DNA of 64,000 bases from Candidatus Latescibacterota bacterium (GCA_965205975.1 OZ242195.1:5344001-5408000); one strand, 5' to 3'; numbered from the stretch's first letter, positions 9,644-19,411 are shown. Numbers and translations are program-made. Notes: generated by a model from the letters alone, not told the origin.

Positions 9644-10456
9644 TTACAAGTTGTCCAATACTGCGCGCAGTTGCCGCACGCCTTTTAGCATGAGTTCTGG
9701 GGATCCCCAGTGTTCGATGCTCACATTGCCCGTATAACCGTCTGATAGGACCATTTTGAGCAGGTCTTCGTATTTTATATCGCTGTCGCGAATGGGGTCC
9801 AGTTCTTTGTCGGGGTTGGGCTTGACGTGCAAGTGGGTGATCCGGTCTTTGATCTGTTCATAGCCATCGGGGATGGCTTGTTCGCCACATCCGATGCCGT
9901 TGTTCACATCCCAGCAGAAGCTGAATCCCGATGTGTCGCCCAGGGCGTCGGCAACCATTCTCGCTTCCGCGCAACTGCCGGCAATGGTCGCGCCTTCGTT
10001 TTCCATTGATAGGGTGACGCCTTCGCGTTCGGCTGTTTTGGCTATGGGTTCGAGAAATGGCACGATGACGTCGAGATAATTCTCAACGCCGGGCCGGTTT
10101 TCCCGGTCTCCTTTTCGCCGATTGGGGTTCCACAGGGAAAATCCGCGGATGACGGTTGTATCAAATGCTTTTGCGAGTTCGATCATGCGGTCAAACATGC
10201 GCTGGTGTTCGGCTTTTTCTCGGTCGCTGTCGTGCGCGCATTTGCCCACGGGCGAGCCGACGGACATGACGGTTACATTGTACTTTGCGAGTACGTCCTG
10301 TACGCGCTGCAATTCGTCGTTGTCGATTTCCTGGACGCGTTTGCCCCAGATGCCGCCGCGCAGTTCAATTCCCGTTGCGCCCGCTTCTACGCCCAGGCGC
10401 ACAGATTTATCAAAATCGGCTTTGTCGATTTCATCTGCAAAATAGCACAGTTCCAT
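9644..10456 (-). CDS. sugar phosphate isomerase/epimerase (xylose isomerase-like TIM barrel)
   Basis: FADEI, IELRG, GSPVGK, IRGFS, MENE, WDVNN, HLHVK, SIEH. Confidence 0.85.
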   Translation of the reverse strand: MELCYFADEIDKADFDKSVRLGVEAGATGIELRGGIWGKRVQEIDNDELQRVQDVLAKYNVTVMSVGSPVGKCAHDSDREKAEHQRMFDRMIELAKAFDTTVIRGFSLWNPNRRKGDRENRPGVENYLDVIVPFLEPIAKTAEREGVTLSMENEGATIAGSCAEARMVADALGDTSGFSFCWDVNNGIGCGEQAIPDGYEQIKDRITHLHVKPNPDKELDPIRDSDIKYEDLLKMVLSDGYTGNVSIEHWGSPELMLKGVRQLRAVLDNL

Positions 10457-10574
10457 CCCTTCCTCCTGTGAGTGGTTAAAATGATGTGTGACATATCATA
10501 TAACATCTTTTCGCGCAGTCAAAGAAAAACGCGACCCACGCGAGTTTATTAATATTACACAGGTCTGGTGTTTT

Positions 10575-10721
10575 TGTCATGCTGAGCGGAGTGAAACGGA
10601 GCCGAAGCATCTGTTCCACCTGAGTTGGTAGAAGATGAACTGCTGTCGCAGTTGTACCCCGCTCCTTCGACTCCGCTGCGCGGAGTTTATCTTGAGCGAA
10701 GCCGAAAGGCTCAGAATGACA
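10575..10721. repeat. palindromic REP/MITE-like element
   Basis: Ends TGTCATGCTGAGC / GCTCAGAATGACA, internal GAGCGxAGCCGAAG-type units; outer imperfect IR TTACACAGGT / ACCTATGTGTAA. Confidence 0.7.
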
Positions 10722-10795
10722 GGCGCCCGATATTGTACCTATGTGTAACGTCAGTTTTTAATTTTTAATTTTCGATTTTTAATTATCATGAGCGT

Positions 10796-11116
10796 ATGAA
10801 CGAACAGACGCGAAAAAAAATTCTGCAATCCACAACACACCCAAAGGGGATTCGCAAGGTGGATAGAAAACGCCTGATAGCGCAGTTGGCTCGCGCTGAT
10901 CCGCCGCCCGATTACGATCGGTATATACGATCCAAGTCATGGCAGATTAAGAGGCAGAAGTTTCTCGCCCATTACAATTGCCAGTGCGTTTTATGCGGGA
11001 GCAAAGAGTATTTGCATGTGCATCACTTGCACTACAAGACGCTGGGGAAAGAGGGTGTGGAGGATGTGATTATTTGCTGTAGGCGTTGTCATTTTATAGA
11101 GCACTTAAAAAAGTAG
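10796..11116 (+). CDS. small HNH endonuclease
   Basis: YIRSKSW..KR, CVLCG, LHVHHLHY, CRRCH...H. Confidence 0.8.
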   Translation: MNEQTRKKILQSTTHPKGIRKVDRKRLIAQLARADPPPDYDRYIRSKSWQIKRQKFLAHYNCQCVLCGSKEYLHVHHLHYKTLGKEGVEDVIICCRRCHFIEHLKK

Positions 11117-11225
11117 TCAGCAGTCAGCGATCAGCCCACCCAACACCGCCCAAAGGCAGATGCTTTCCATCAGTGTTTATCGGTGTTCATCGGTGGTTGC
11201 ATTTCATGCTTTTCTGGAGATTTTC

Positions 11226-12506
11226 ATGCCGAATATTATCATTATCACCACGCACGATACAGGGCGGCATTTTGGGTGTTATGGTGTCGATACGGTACAT
11301 ACACCTGCGATTGACGCGATTGCCGATGATGGGTTTAAATTTACCAATTATTTTACGACGAGTCCGGTGTGTAGCCCCAGCCGGGGGGCTATGCTTACGG
11401 GGCGCTATCCGCAGAGCAATGGGTTGATTGGTCTGACGCATTCGCCGTGGGATTGGTGTTTTAATGAGGGCGAGCGACATCTTTCGCATATTTTGAGCGA
11501 TGCGGGTTATCATACGGCTCTTTTCGGTTTGCAGCACGAGGCGTCCAATACTGAGGATTTGGGTTTTGAAGCGACTTTTGCACAGCGCGATGAAAATGGC
11601 CGCCGTGCAAACGCGCTTGTGGTTGCCCAGGCTCTGGCCGATTTTCTCAGGGCTGACGCGGGTTCCAGGACGCCGTTCTACGCGCAAGTCGGTTTTTTTG
11701 AGACGCATCGTCCGCACGATTTTGGCGATGTGGGGCCTGATGATAGTAAGGGTATTGATGTGCCGCCTTATCTAATTGATGACGAGACGGCGCGGCGGGA
11801 ACTCGCTTTGCAACAAGGTGCGATCCGCCGCGTTGATGAGGCTGTTCAGGTTATCACCGATGCATTGAGAGAATGTGGGTTGGAAGACGATACGCTGCTG
11901 GTGTTTACGGTTGATCACGGTATTGAATTTCCCAGGGCCAAGTGGTTTTGTTATGACGCGGGTATTGGCGTTGCATTGCTTATGCGTTGGCCCGGTGGAG
12001 GTGTTCGGGGGGGACAGTGCTGTGGCCATCTGCTCAGCAATGTCGATTTTTTGCCCACGCTTATGGATCTCATACAGCATCCCGTTCCGGATAATGTGGA
12101 GGGTTTGAGTTTTGCCAGTGTGTTCAAAGATCCCGAGGCGGAACCCACGCGGGATGCGGCTTTTTCGATCTTTCAGGGTAGCGATAGTCGGAGTGTTCGC
12201 ACCAATCGCTATAAGTTTATTCGCAATTTCAGTCCGCGGCGTCTGATAGATGTGCCCGTGGATATGACCGATCCCCCAAGACCGCGCATCAAACAACCCG
12301 TGGCGCAACTCTACGATTTGGAAAAGGATCCCGATGAATTTGAGGATGTAGCCGATAAACCCGAATACAGGGATGTTTATAATGCGTTGAGCCAACGCCT
12401 TTGGCAATGGATGGAAGATGTGAATGATCCGTCGCTCCAGAGTCCGATTCCCACGCCGTATTATTGGGAGGCGATGGCAGAATATCACCAGAGAAAGGAA
12501 ACCTGA
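11226..12506 (+). CDS. sulfatase (FGly-dependent, sulfamidase-like)
   Basis: MPNIIIITTHDTG, CSPSRGAMLTGRYP, ETHRP, DHG, LYDLEKDP; GGAGA RBS before ATG 11226. Confidence 0.92.
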   Translation: MPNIIIITTHDTGRHFGCYGVDTVHTPAIDAIADDGFKFTNYFTTSPVCSPSRGAMLTGRYPQSNGLIGLTHSPWDWCFNEGERHLSHILSDAGYHTALFGLQHEASNTEDLGFEATFAQRDENGRRANALVVAQALADFLRADAGSRTPFYAQVGFFETHRPHDFGDVGPDDSKGIDVPPYLIDDETARRELALQQGAIRRVDEAVQVITDALRECGLEDDTLLVFTVDHGIEFPRAKWFCYDAGIGVALLMRWPGGGVRGGQCCGHLLSNVDFLPTLMDLIQHPVPDNVEGLSFASVFKDPEAEPTRDAAFSIFQGSDSRSVRTNRYKFIRNFSPRRLIDVPVDMTDPPRPRIKQPVAQLYDLEKDPDEFEDVADKPEYRDVYNALSQRLWQWMEDVNDPSLQSPIPTPYYWEAMAEYHQRKET

Positions 12507-13708
12507 TGTCCAGAGGAAAAATTGTAAATCTCGCGCTTGTCGGCTGTGGCGGTATTGCCGGCGGGCATCTTCGGCGGTATGGAGAGCTTATTGACAGTGG
12601 CGAAGACCGTTTTCGCATTGTGGCTACGGTTGATAGCGATATCAGTCGGGCACAGGCATTTGCCGATCAGATCAATGGCAAGACTGGATGGGAGGTCAAT
12701 AGTTATCCCTCGGTTGAGGATCTGCTCAATTCAGAGTCCAATCTCGATGGGGCCGATATATGCAGTCCTCACGGTTTGCATCATGTGCTTGCTTGCGAGT
12801 TGCTCGAAGGTGGTGTGAATATTTTGTGTGAGAAGCCCATTGGCATAACGGTTAAAGCCACGCAAAAAATTATTGATACAGCCAAACGCTGCAATAAGGT
12901 CGCCGCGAATGCCGAACAGTGTCGCCGCAGTGTTGGACAGCGCACGATTCACTGGGCGTTTAACGGTGGGCCGCTCGGCGAACCCAGATTGTGGTACGCC
13001 ATCAGGTCGGGGTGGCAGGATCCCGCGAATTATCCCGATTGGCACTGGCGCGTGGATCGCAAACTCGGCGGTTGCGGAATGGTTATGGATAGTGGCGCAC
13101 ATTGGGTTGATACTATGCGCTACTGGTTTGGGGAAGTGGAGAGTGTTTATGCGCGTGTGGAGCAAATGGAACAGCGTCCCCACAAAAAAGGCGATGATCT
13201 GGTCGATGACAGTCGCGAGGATTTTTGGACCAGTATTTTCAATTTTGAAAGTGGTGTGATCGGCACGTGGTCGTGGACGGTTAGCGCGCCGGGGAAGGGT
13301 TTTACACAACTCAATCTCACCGGGAGCAAGGGTACGATTGTCGAGAGCGATATTTTTCATCCGGCAGCGTCTCAGGCGCGCGGTGAATGCCATTTTATAG
13401 ATGGTACGACTTATGGCGTGTCCCAGCTTCAAGATATGTTTCTGGATTCACTGAGCCAGCGCGAAAAGGAGCGCCTCTTTCCCTATGGGCTGACGGATGG
13501 CATGGCGATTGAGTTGTGGGATTTTATCGATGCTCTGAGTGTTGGGCGCGATGTGGAAATTGATGCCGAAGAGGGGCTTAAGAGCAAGGCCGTGAGCGAG
13601 GCGATTTACGAGTCGGGCAAAAGCGGACAGGTCGTCCAGGTGAGCGATGTGGTATCCGGGAAGGTCAGCGCGTATCAGGAGGATATTGATCAGATGTGGG
13701 GGTTGTGA
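12506..13708 (+). CDS. Gfo/Idh/MocA family oxidoreductase
   Basis: ALVGCGGIA, CEKP, MDSGAHWVD; TGATG overlap with sulfatase. Confidence 0.9.
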   Translation: MSRGKIVNLALVGCGGIAGGHLRRYGELIDSGEDRFRIVATVDSDISRAQAFADQINGKTGWEVNSYPSVEDLLNSESNLDGADICSPHGLHHVLACELLEGGVNILCEKPIGITVKATQKIIDTAKRCNKVAANAEQCRRSVGQRTIHWAFNGGPLGEPRLWYAIRSGWQDPANYPDWHWRVDRKLGGCGMVMDSGAHWVDTMRYWFGEVESVYARVEQMEQRPHKKGDDLVDDSREDFWTSIFNFESGVIGTWSWTVSAPGKGFTQLNLTGSKGTIVESDIFHPAASQARGECHFIDGTTYGVSQLQDMFLDSLSQREKERLFPYGLTDGMAIELWDFIDALSVGRDVEIDAEEGLKSKAVSEAIYESGKSGQVVQVSDVVSGKVSAYQEDIDQMWGL

Positions 13709-13725
13709 TAGGTGGGATGACTGCT

Positions 13726-13771
13726 AAAAAAATAGGCCGCGGTCTCAAGGGATCGCGGCCCGATTTTTTTT
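13726..13771. terminator. bidirectional intrinsic terminator
   Basis: A-tract, GGCCGCGGTC/GATCGCGGCC stem, T-tract, between convergent genes. Confidence 0.8.
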
Positions 13772-14154
13772 CACGCCTTTCCCGGACGGCCTATTTCGAT
13801 GAGGTTGCCGTCCGGGTCGTGTACGAAAACATAGCGCGTGCCGTCGTGTGGCCGCACGCCGGGGCCAGAGGCAACGCGCACGCGTTCGCGGTCGAGCGAG
13901 GTGATGACGCGATCGAAGTCGGCGACTTCAAAGGCGATGTGGCGGCGCGAGGGACGGGGGTATTCCTCGGCGAGGATCAGGTGGATTTCGATGTCGCCAC
14001 AGCGATACCAGGCACCAGCAAAGTCGTAATCTGGCCGGGGAATGGGTTGCAGCCCCAGGAGCTTTTCGTAAAATGCCGATGCGCGCTCGAGGTTACCTGT
14101 AACCAATGTGATGTGACTGACGCGCGTGATGCCCAGGCCAGCCGATTCCATGCG
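13771..14154 (-). CDS. VOC/glyoxalase family protein
   Basis: HITL..NLERASAFYEKLLG, HIAFEV, FVHDPDGNLIEI; exact start uncertain. Confidence 0.85.
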   Translation of the reverse strand, partial: RMESAGLGITRVSHITLVTGNLERASAFYEKLLGLQPIPRPDYDFAGAWYRCGDIEIHLILAEEYPRPSRRHIAFEVADFDRVITSLDRERVRVASGPGVRPHDGTRYVFVHDPDGNLIEIGRPGKA

Positions 14155-14167
14155 ATTGGCCACCGGA

Positions 14168-15049
14168 TCAATTCTCCATCAATAAGGTTCTCATTTTACG
14201 CATGCGCGAGGGATGTTTGAGTGCTGCCAGGGCTTTGTCGCGTATTTGGCGCACGCGCTCTTTGGTCAGGTTGAGGATGTTGCCAATTTGCTCCAGCGTC
14301 ATTGTTTCACCGCTGTTAATGCCAAAATAGAGGCGCAACACGCGGGCATCGCGCGGTGCCAATGTGTTGAGCGCAGTGCGTATTTCCTCTGCCATAGAGC
14401 TTTCGAGCATGGCCTCTTCGGGGCTTTCTTGATCTTTGTCTGACAACATTTCCAGCAGGCTGGTGTCAGGGCCGTCTTCAAGGGGCATGTCGTATGAAAT
14501 ATGCCACCGCGAAGCGCTGAGGAGGTCTTGCACTTGTTTGGGTTGCAATTCGGCCTGTGCAGCGATTTCTTCAACACGCGGTTCGCGCCCCAGGGATTGT
14601 TTGAGTTCCGAGGATATGCGTTCCAATTTGCTCAGGTGTTTGATTTTGTTGACGGGCAGTCGTACCATGCGGGCTTTTTCTGCCAATGCGGATAAGATGC
14701 CCTGCCGAATCCACCAGACTGCATACGTGGTGAATTTGACGCCAACGGTTTCGTCATAGCGGGTGGCTGCGCGAACAAGACCCATGTTGCCTTCGGCAAT
14801 GAGGTCTTCCAGGAGCAAGCCTCGCCCCTGATATTCTTTGGCTATGGTAATGACAAATCGCAAATTGGATTCGATCATTTTATTGAGGCTTCTGCGATCC
14901 CCTGCGCGGATGCGCTTGGCCAGATCAATTTCTTCTTGTGGCGTGAGCAATTCGCTATAGGCGATGTCTTTGAAATAGAGTTCCAGTGCAGAACTACTGC
15001 CTCCATTTGTTCTGGTTGAGGTGCTGGAACTCATGAGTGCGGCAGACAT
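14168..15049 (-). CDS. RNA polymerase sigma-70 factor, RpoD/SigA-like but lacking region 1.1 (alternative sigma)
   Basis: NLRFVITIAKEY, DLIAEGNMGL, KFTTYAVWWIRQ, VRLP, TLEQIG...TKERVRQI. Confidence 0.92.
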   Translation of the reverse strand: MSAALMSSSTSTRTNGGSSSALELYFKDIAYSELLTPQEEIDLAKRIRAGDRRSLNKMIESNLRFVITIAKEYQGRGLLLEDLIAEGNMGLVRAATRYDETVGVKFTTYAVWWIRQGILSALAEKARMVRLPVNKIKHLSKLERISSELKQSLGREPRVEEIAAQAELQPKQVQDLLSASRWHISYDMPLEDGPDTSLLEMLSDKDQESPEEAMLESSMAEEIRTALNTLAPRDARVLRLYFGINSGETMTLEQIGNILNLTKERVRQIRDKALAALKHPSRMRKMRTLLMEN

Positions 15050-15544
15050 GTATTTCCCCCGTGACTGAGAAAACGACTCTCTTGATCGAGTGTCTTGTGT
15101 TTCAACTCGTCAAAGGTTCACAATAAGGGAAGCATATACTGTGATACCTTCCGACTCCTGTATGGGAGAGAATCGGTTGTTGTCAGAATATATGGCGCAT
15201 CGATCATGGGGAAACCAATGGCCTGATTATGTGACAACCTGGTTTAGGGGAGTGTTACTTTGGGGAGTTGATCTGGATGGGAAAACGATCACGAGCCGCA
15301 GGGGAGCGGTGTGCTCGACCAAATCATAGTGTGTGTGGCAAGTATTGGGGAAAAAATAATACTTGGGCAGACAAGATAGCGGATTCAATTCTGTAATGCA
15401 ACCCTTTTTCTATGCTCTTCTCCTGATATTTTGAAACTCAAGGCCGTATTTTTAGATGAAATACTTATTGGCATATTGAGAGAAAATAATAAATAGAGTT
15501 TTATTTGTCAATAAATAACTCTTGTTTAACAAGTTACAGGCTTG

Positions 15545-16063
15545 CTACTGGCCCTCGGCAGTATCGGTGCCATTGAGCGGGCGCTGGGCGAGGTCGCGGT
15601 CGAGTAAGAATAAGCCGTTGCCCTCTATGCCGACCAGCTTGATCGTGTCGATCAATTCCCTGACAACGGCTTCTTCTTCGACTTGTTCGGCAATAAACCA
15701 CTGGAGAAAGGTATGGGTGGCGTGGTCGCGTTCGGACAGGGCGAGATCGGCGATGTTGTAGATACTTTGAGAGACTTTTTGCTCCTGGGCAAGGCTGTCT
15801 TCAAATACTTCCAGAGGGCTGTCCCAACTTTGTTTGGGGGTATCAATGGTGCTAAAGCGTATATCGGCTTCGCGGTCGTCGAGGAAGTCGTATATTTTCA
15901 TGCCATGGGTGAGTTCTTCCTGGGCCTGAACGCGCATCCAATGGGCAAAGCCATTGAGATTTTGCGTGAGAAAATACGCGGACATTGCCAGATAACTATA
16001 CGCCGAGTAGTATTCCATATTGAGTTGCTCATTGAGCGCGGCGTTTATGTTTGTGTTAATCAT
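15545..16063 (-). CDS. ftnA: non-heme ferritin
   Basis: EQLNMEYYSAYSY, EELTH, QEQ, WFIAEQVEEE; AGGAGG RBS before ATG 16063. Confidence 0.9.
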   Translation of the reverse strand: MINTNINAALNEQLNMEYYSAYSYLAMSAYFLTQNLNGFAHWMRVQAQEELTHGMKIYDFLDDREADIRFSTIDTPKQSWDSPLEVFEDSLAQEQKVSQSIYNIADLALSERDHATHTFLQWFIAEQVEEEAVVRELIDTIKLVGIEGNGLFLLDRDLAQRPLNGTDTAEGQ

Positions 16064-16117
16064 GATGTCCTCCTGTTGCGAGAGGGAGAAAAAAGCTGTA
16101 TCCAAAAGGGAAGGGTA

Positions 16118-16150
16118 AGTATAAGAAAAATATAGGTTTTGTCAACCTAT
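16118..16150 (-). promoter_or_regulatory. sigma70-type promoter of ferritin 1 overlapped by a 19-bp palindromic operator
   Basis: Minus-strand TTGACA-N16-TATACT; palindrome ATAGGTT-N5-AACCTAT at 16132-16150. Confidence 0.55.
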
Positions 16151-16337
16151 TAAAATAAGTAATTGATTATACTTTTGTTAGAGCAATAAACCCCCAATGG
16201 TATAGCGAATTTTTCTATTGATTCTTTTTGCGAAATTGCGTAAAACTTTATAGTATTACGCTTCGTTTCCAAACGCGGAGCATTTGACTACCCCAGTGTG
16301 GCCCATAAGCCACCCGACAGGAGGTTTGTTTTTTCTT

Positions 16338-16817
16338 ATGATTCCCAATAAGGTCCTCATGGCCTTGAACGAACAGCTCAATTTTGAGTTCCATTCGGCA
16401 TTTCACTATCTCGCCATGGAGACGTATTTTCACGGGGTAAATCTGCACGGGTTTGCCCATTATATGCGCGAGCAATACAAAGAAGAACGTCAGCACGCGC
16501 TCAAGATTGTGGATTATATCAATGCGCGGAACTGTCGGGTCCTGCTCAAGCAGATCGCCGAACCCCCTTCTGAATGGGCATCACCTCTGGAGGTTTTTGA
16601 AGATGCGCATCGGCAAGAGCAGAAATCCAGTGGGATGATTAATGATCTGGTTGATCTCTCACTGAATGAGCGCGATCATGCAACGGAGATTTTCTTGAAG
16701 TGGTTTATCGAGAAACAGGTAGAAGAGGAGGCGCAAATCAGCAGTATTGTGCAAAAGTTGAAGCTGGTAGGCGATGACGCTTATGGTCTGTTTTTATTGG
16801 ATCGAGATATGGGATGA
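16338..16817 (+). CDS. ftnA: non-heme ferritin, second paralogue
   Basis: EQLNFEFHSAFHY, EERQH, QEQ, WFIEKQVEEE; AGGAGG RBS. Confidence 0.88.
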   Translation: MIPNKVLMALNEQLNFEFHSAFHYLAMETYFHGVNLHGFAHYMREQYKEERQHALKIVDYINARNCRVLLKQIAEPPSEWASPLEVFEDAHRQEQKSSGMINDLVDLSLNERDHATEIFLKWFIEKQVEEEAQISSIVQKLKLVGDDAYGLFLLDRDMG

Positions 16818-16837
16818 GAGATAAAGCGATGTACACA

Positions 16838-16871
16838 GAAAGTGCCCTCAGCATCTGAGGGCACTTTTTTT
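16838..16871. terminator. intrinsic terminator between convergent genes
   Basis: AAAGTGCCCTCAG-cat-CTGAGGGCACTTTTTTT. Confidence 0.85.
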
Positions 16872-17625
16872 ATATGCGACGGCGCTTTCGAGTGCGCCAC
16901 CAGATGACCAGGCCAGAGATGGACAGGCCGATCAGGCCCCAGGCGGCGATGTCGTAGAGATAGACAAACCAGTCGGCGAAGAAATAACCGGTGTGAATCT
17001 GGTGTATGATCGTGTAGAGATCGCGTCCGGGTTCTGCGGATTGGGCGATAGAGACCCAGGTTTTTCCGCCGTTGGAACTGGTGAGCAGGCCGCCTGAGGT
17101 CCACAGGTTCAAATTTTGGGTGGAGCCAATACCAATGCGCTGGAGGCGAATGCCTTCGGCAAGAGGCATAAATCCGAGGCCGACTTGCTCCCATACGATG
17201 CCGCCGTCGGTTGAGCGAATGAGACCAAGGTCTTCGAGGACGACGTAAATGTGGTCGGGATTGTCGGGTGCGTAGGCGATGTCAACGGCGCGTTCTGCAG
17301 CGAAGAGCATTGGGACCTCGGTCCAGGTTTTGCCGCCGTTTTCAGAGGAATAAAGAGCCGAGCGCGTGCCGCGATAGAGGTGTTGGGGATCGCGGGGGTC
17401 AACCGCAAAGGAGAGGGTGCGTTCAGAGGGCGCGCCGAGCAGGCCGGGGTGATTGAGCAAAAAGCCCGAGACGGCGAGGAGTGATAAAAATGTGAGTGCG
17501 CCGATGCCGACATAGCGATGGAGTTTGCGGAAAAATTCGGCGCGTTTTTTGCGCGTTTTGGGCTGTTTTTTGTGAAGCGGGATGGTTTTGCTCCGGCGTG
17601 TGGAGGCTTCAGGTGTAGCACTCAT
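16870..17625 (-). CDS. PepSY-associated TM helix protein with BNR/Asp-box repeats
   Basis: RKLHRYVG..SGFLLNH; SENGGKTW, STDGGIVW, SNGGKTW repeats; IHQIHTG..ISGLVIW. Confidence 0.8.
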   Translation of the reverse strand: MSATPEASTRRSKTIPLHKKQPKTRKKRAEFFRKLHRYVGIGALTFLSLLAVSGFLLNHPGLLGAPSERTLSFAVDPRDPQHLYRGTRSALYSSENGGKTWTEVPMLFAAERAVDIAYAPDNPDHIYVVLEDLGLIRSTDGGIVWEQVGLGFMPLAEGIRLQRIGIGSTQNLNLWTSGGLLTSSNGGKTWVSIAQSAEPGRDLYTIIHQIHTGYFFADWFVYLYDIAAWGLIGLSISGLVIWWRTRKRRRI

Positions 17626-18209
17626 TGGGATTCTTTTTCCGAGTAAATGACATCGAGGACTGTGAGAACTCTCTTCACGCCCGCATTTAAGGCGCGTACC
17701 GATAGGGTTGCGCCACTGATGCCGATAATGTCGCGGTTGAGACGAATGTGATGATCGATGTTTTTGTTTTTGTATTGGGTCAAGAATCGCTGGCGTTTGA
17801 CCTGACCGCCTCGCGATTCTCGATAGACCATGATCCATACACCGCCAACGCGGTGGTCGGGTTTGACTTTGACGATGAAGGTGATGGGTTTATAGAGGCC
17901 AATTTGATTTGTGATGATCGCATATCCCTGATGTCGGTCATTTTTTTTTGCCTGAAAAATCGTGAAATCGGGTTCTTCGAGGCGCCATCCCAACCGCCGT
18001 TCAATGCGCTGGCGTTCTTGTGGGGTTGGGGTCCAGACTTCGCTCCAGAGCGTGTCTGCATCTGGGAAGGCTTTTTTTAGAGCCTGTTCTTCTGTGAGGT
18101 AAACAGTGATAGCCTCTGGGCCATCGGGACCCTGTGCGAATCCAAGTCCCGACAGGAGGCAGACCATGATGCAGAACACGTACTTATTTTTTCTCACTGT
18201 TTTCTCCAA
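17622..18209 (-). CDS. FMN-binding (flavinylation-target) protein
   Basis: Signal-like N-terminus, YRESRGGQV, FLTQY, ISGATLS motif; AAGGAG before TTG. Confidence 0.82.
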   Translation of the reverse strand: MEKTVRKNKYVFCIMVCLLSGLGFAQGPDGPEAITVYLTEEQALKKAFPDADTLWSEVWTPTPQERQRIERRLGWRLEEPDFTIFQAKKNDRHQGYAIITNQIGLYKPITFIVKVKPDHRVGGVWIMVYRESRGGQVKRQRFLTQYKNKNIDHHIRLNRDIIGISGATLSVRALNAGVKRVLTVLDVIYSEKESQ

Positions 18210-18218
18210 CTCCTTTTT

Positions 18219-19337
18219 TTAGAAATACGATGCAATCGAAAAGAAGAGGCGTCCAATGCCATCGCCTTTGTCGCCATTTGCTGGCGTTTTATAGGTGGTG
18301 TTGTAGTCCAGCTTGAAAGCCGTGTCTTCAACGGGGCGGAAGTTCAAACCGAAGGTGATCCCGTATTCCGAATCGCCACTTACCGAGGTATCAAAATCGA
18401 CCCAGTCCCAGCGTGCGACGGCTGTGAACACGGATTCTGATAAGAAATGATCGTGCCCAAAATGAAGGTTGGTTTGTGCATAAGCACCGCGCTGGTCGCC
18501 GTTAAATCCATCGGCGGTGGCCTGTCCGTATTCGCCCTGAAGTTCAAAGGGTCCCTGTGTAAATTGCGCGTCGGCACCGAAGATGGAGAGGCGGTTGTTG
18601 TCCGCATCGTCGTATTTGCCCGTGTGGAAAGACGCGCCGAGGTCAATGCCCAGGCGCGGGCTAAAGCCGAATCTTCCGACGAGTGCTTTGTCGTGGTTGT
18701 TGTCCGTTTTTTGGCTGCCTCGTCCGCTTCGAATGCGGAGTTTGCCGCCGGAGTTGACTTTTTCGTTGAATCCGTTGACGAGATAGATTTCATAAGTTGC
18801 TACGGAGAGTTCAGAGGGATAAAAGGTGCCAAAGAAGCCCATTCCCGCTTCCGAGAGGGTGGATGGCATGATCTGACGGTTCACGGTGGGGCGTTCAGTC
18901 AGGTCGTTGAGCGGGCTGTCGTGCAAGAGGTTAAAACGTCCGAGTGGGGAGAGGATGACACCGCCCCGATAGTTGAAGGCTTCTGTAAAGGTGAAGTCCA
19001 TGATGGCGAATTCGAGTTTGATTTCGCCATCGGTGTTGCTGCTGCCTTTGACGAGACCGCCGTGCTCAAATTCAATTTCGCATGAAACGTGAATTCGGTC
19101 GGTGATTTCCGAAAAGATGAAGGGGATGAAACGGTGCTGGTCAAAGGTGCTGTCTTTTCCTTCTGTCCACTCAAATTCGTGGTCAATATATCCGCCGATA
19201 GCTACATTTCTGCCCATGCGTTTGATATAGGGTTTGTCGTATATACTGCCGGGCAATTCGGGTCGTTTGTCTTCTTCGGCTATGATGGGTAGTGCGAGTG
19301 TGAGAGATAAGAACGAAGCGAGCAGTTTGAAGCGCAT
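18219..19337 (-). CDS. outer-membrane beta-barrel porin
   Basis: Signal peptide, FDQHRFIPF, EIEFEHG, amphipathic strands, C-terminal YF; AGGAG RBS. Confidence 0.75.
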   Translation of the reverse strand: MRFKLLASFLSLTLALPIIAEEDKRPELPGSIYDKPYIKRMGRNVAIGGYIDHEFEWTEGKDSTFDQHRFIPFIFSEITDRIHVSCEIEFEHGGLVKGSSNTDGEIKLEFAIMDFTFTEAFNYRGGVILSPLGRFNLLHDSPLNDLTERPTVNRQIMPSTLSEAGMGFFGTFYPSELSVATYEIYLVNGFNEKVNSGGKLRIRSGRGSQKTDNNHDKALVGRFGFSPRLGIDLGASFHTGKYDDADNNRLSIFGADAQFTQGPFELQGEYGQATADGFNGDQRGAYAQTNLHFGHDHFLSESVFTAVARWDWVDFDTSVSGDSEYGITFGLNFRPVEDTAFKLDYNTTYKTPANGDKGDGIGRLFFSIASYF

Positions 19338-19411
19338 GTTTTTCTCCTGTGTAAAACACAAGACTATTCAAAGTGGGTTGACATGGTGCGTGGAATACCC
19401 TACTTTGAATA

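Noticed and set aside
15090..15329. 79-aa + strand ORF upstream of the sigma gene
   Set aside because: No RBS or motifs; more likely regulatory sequence
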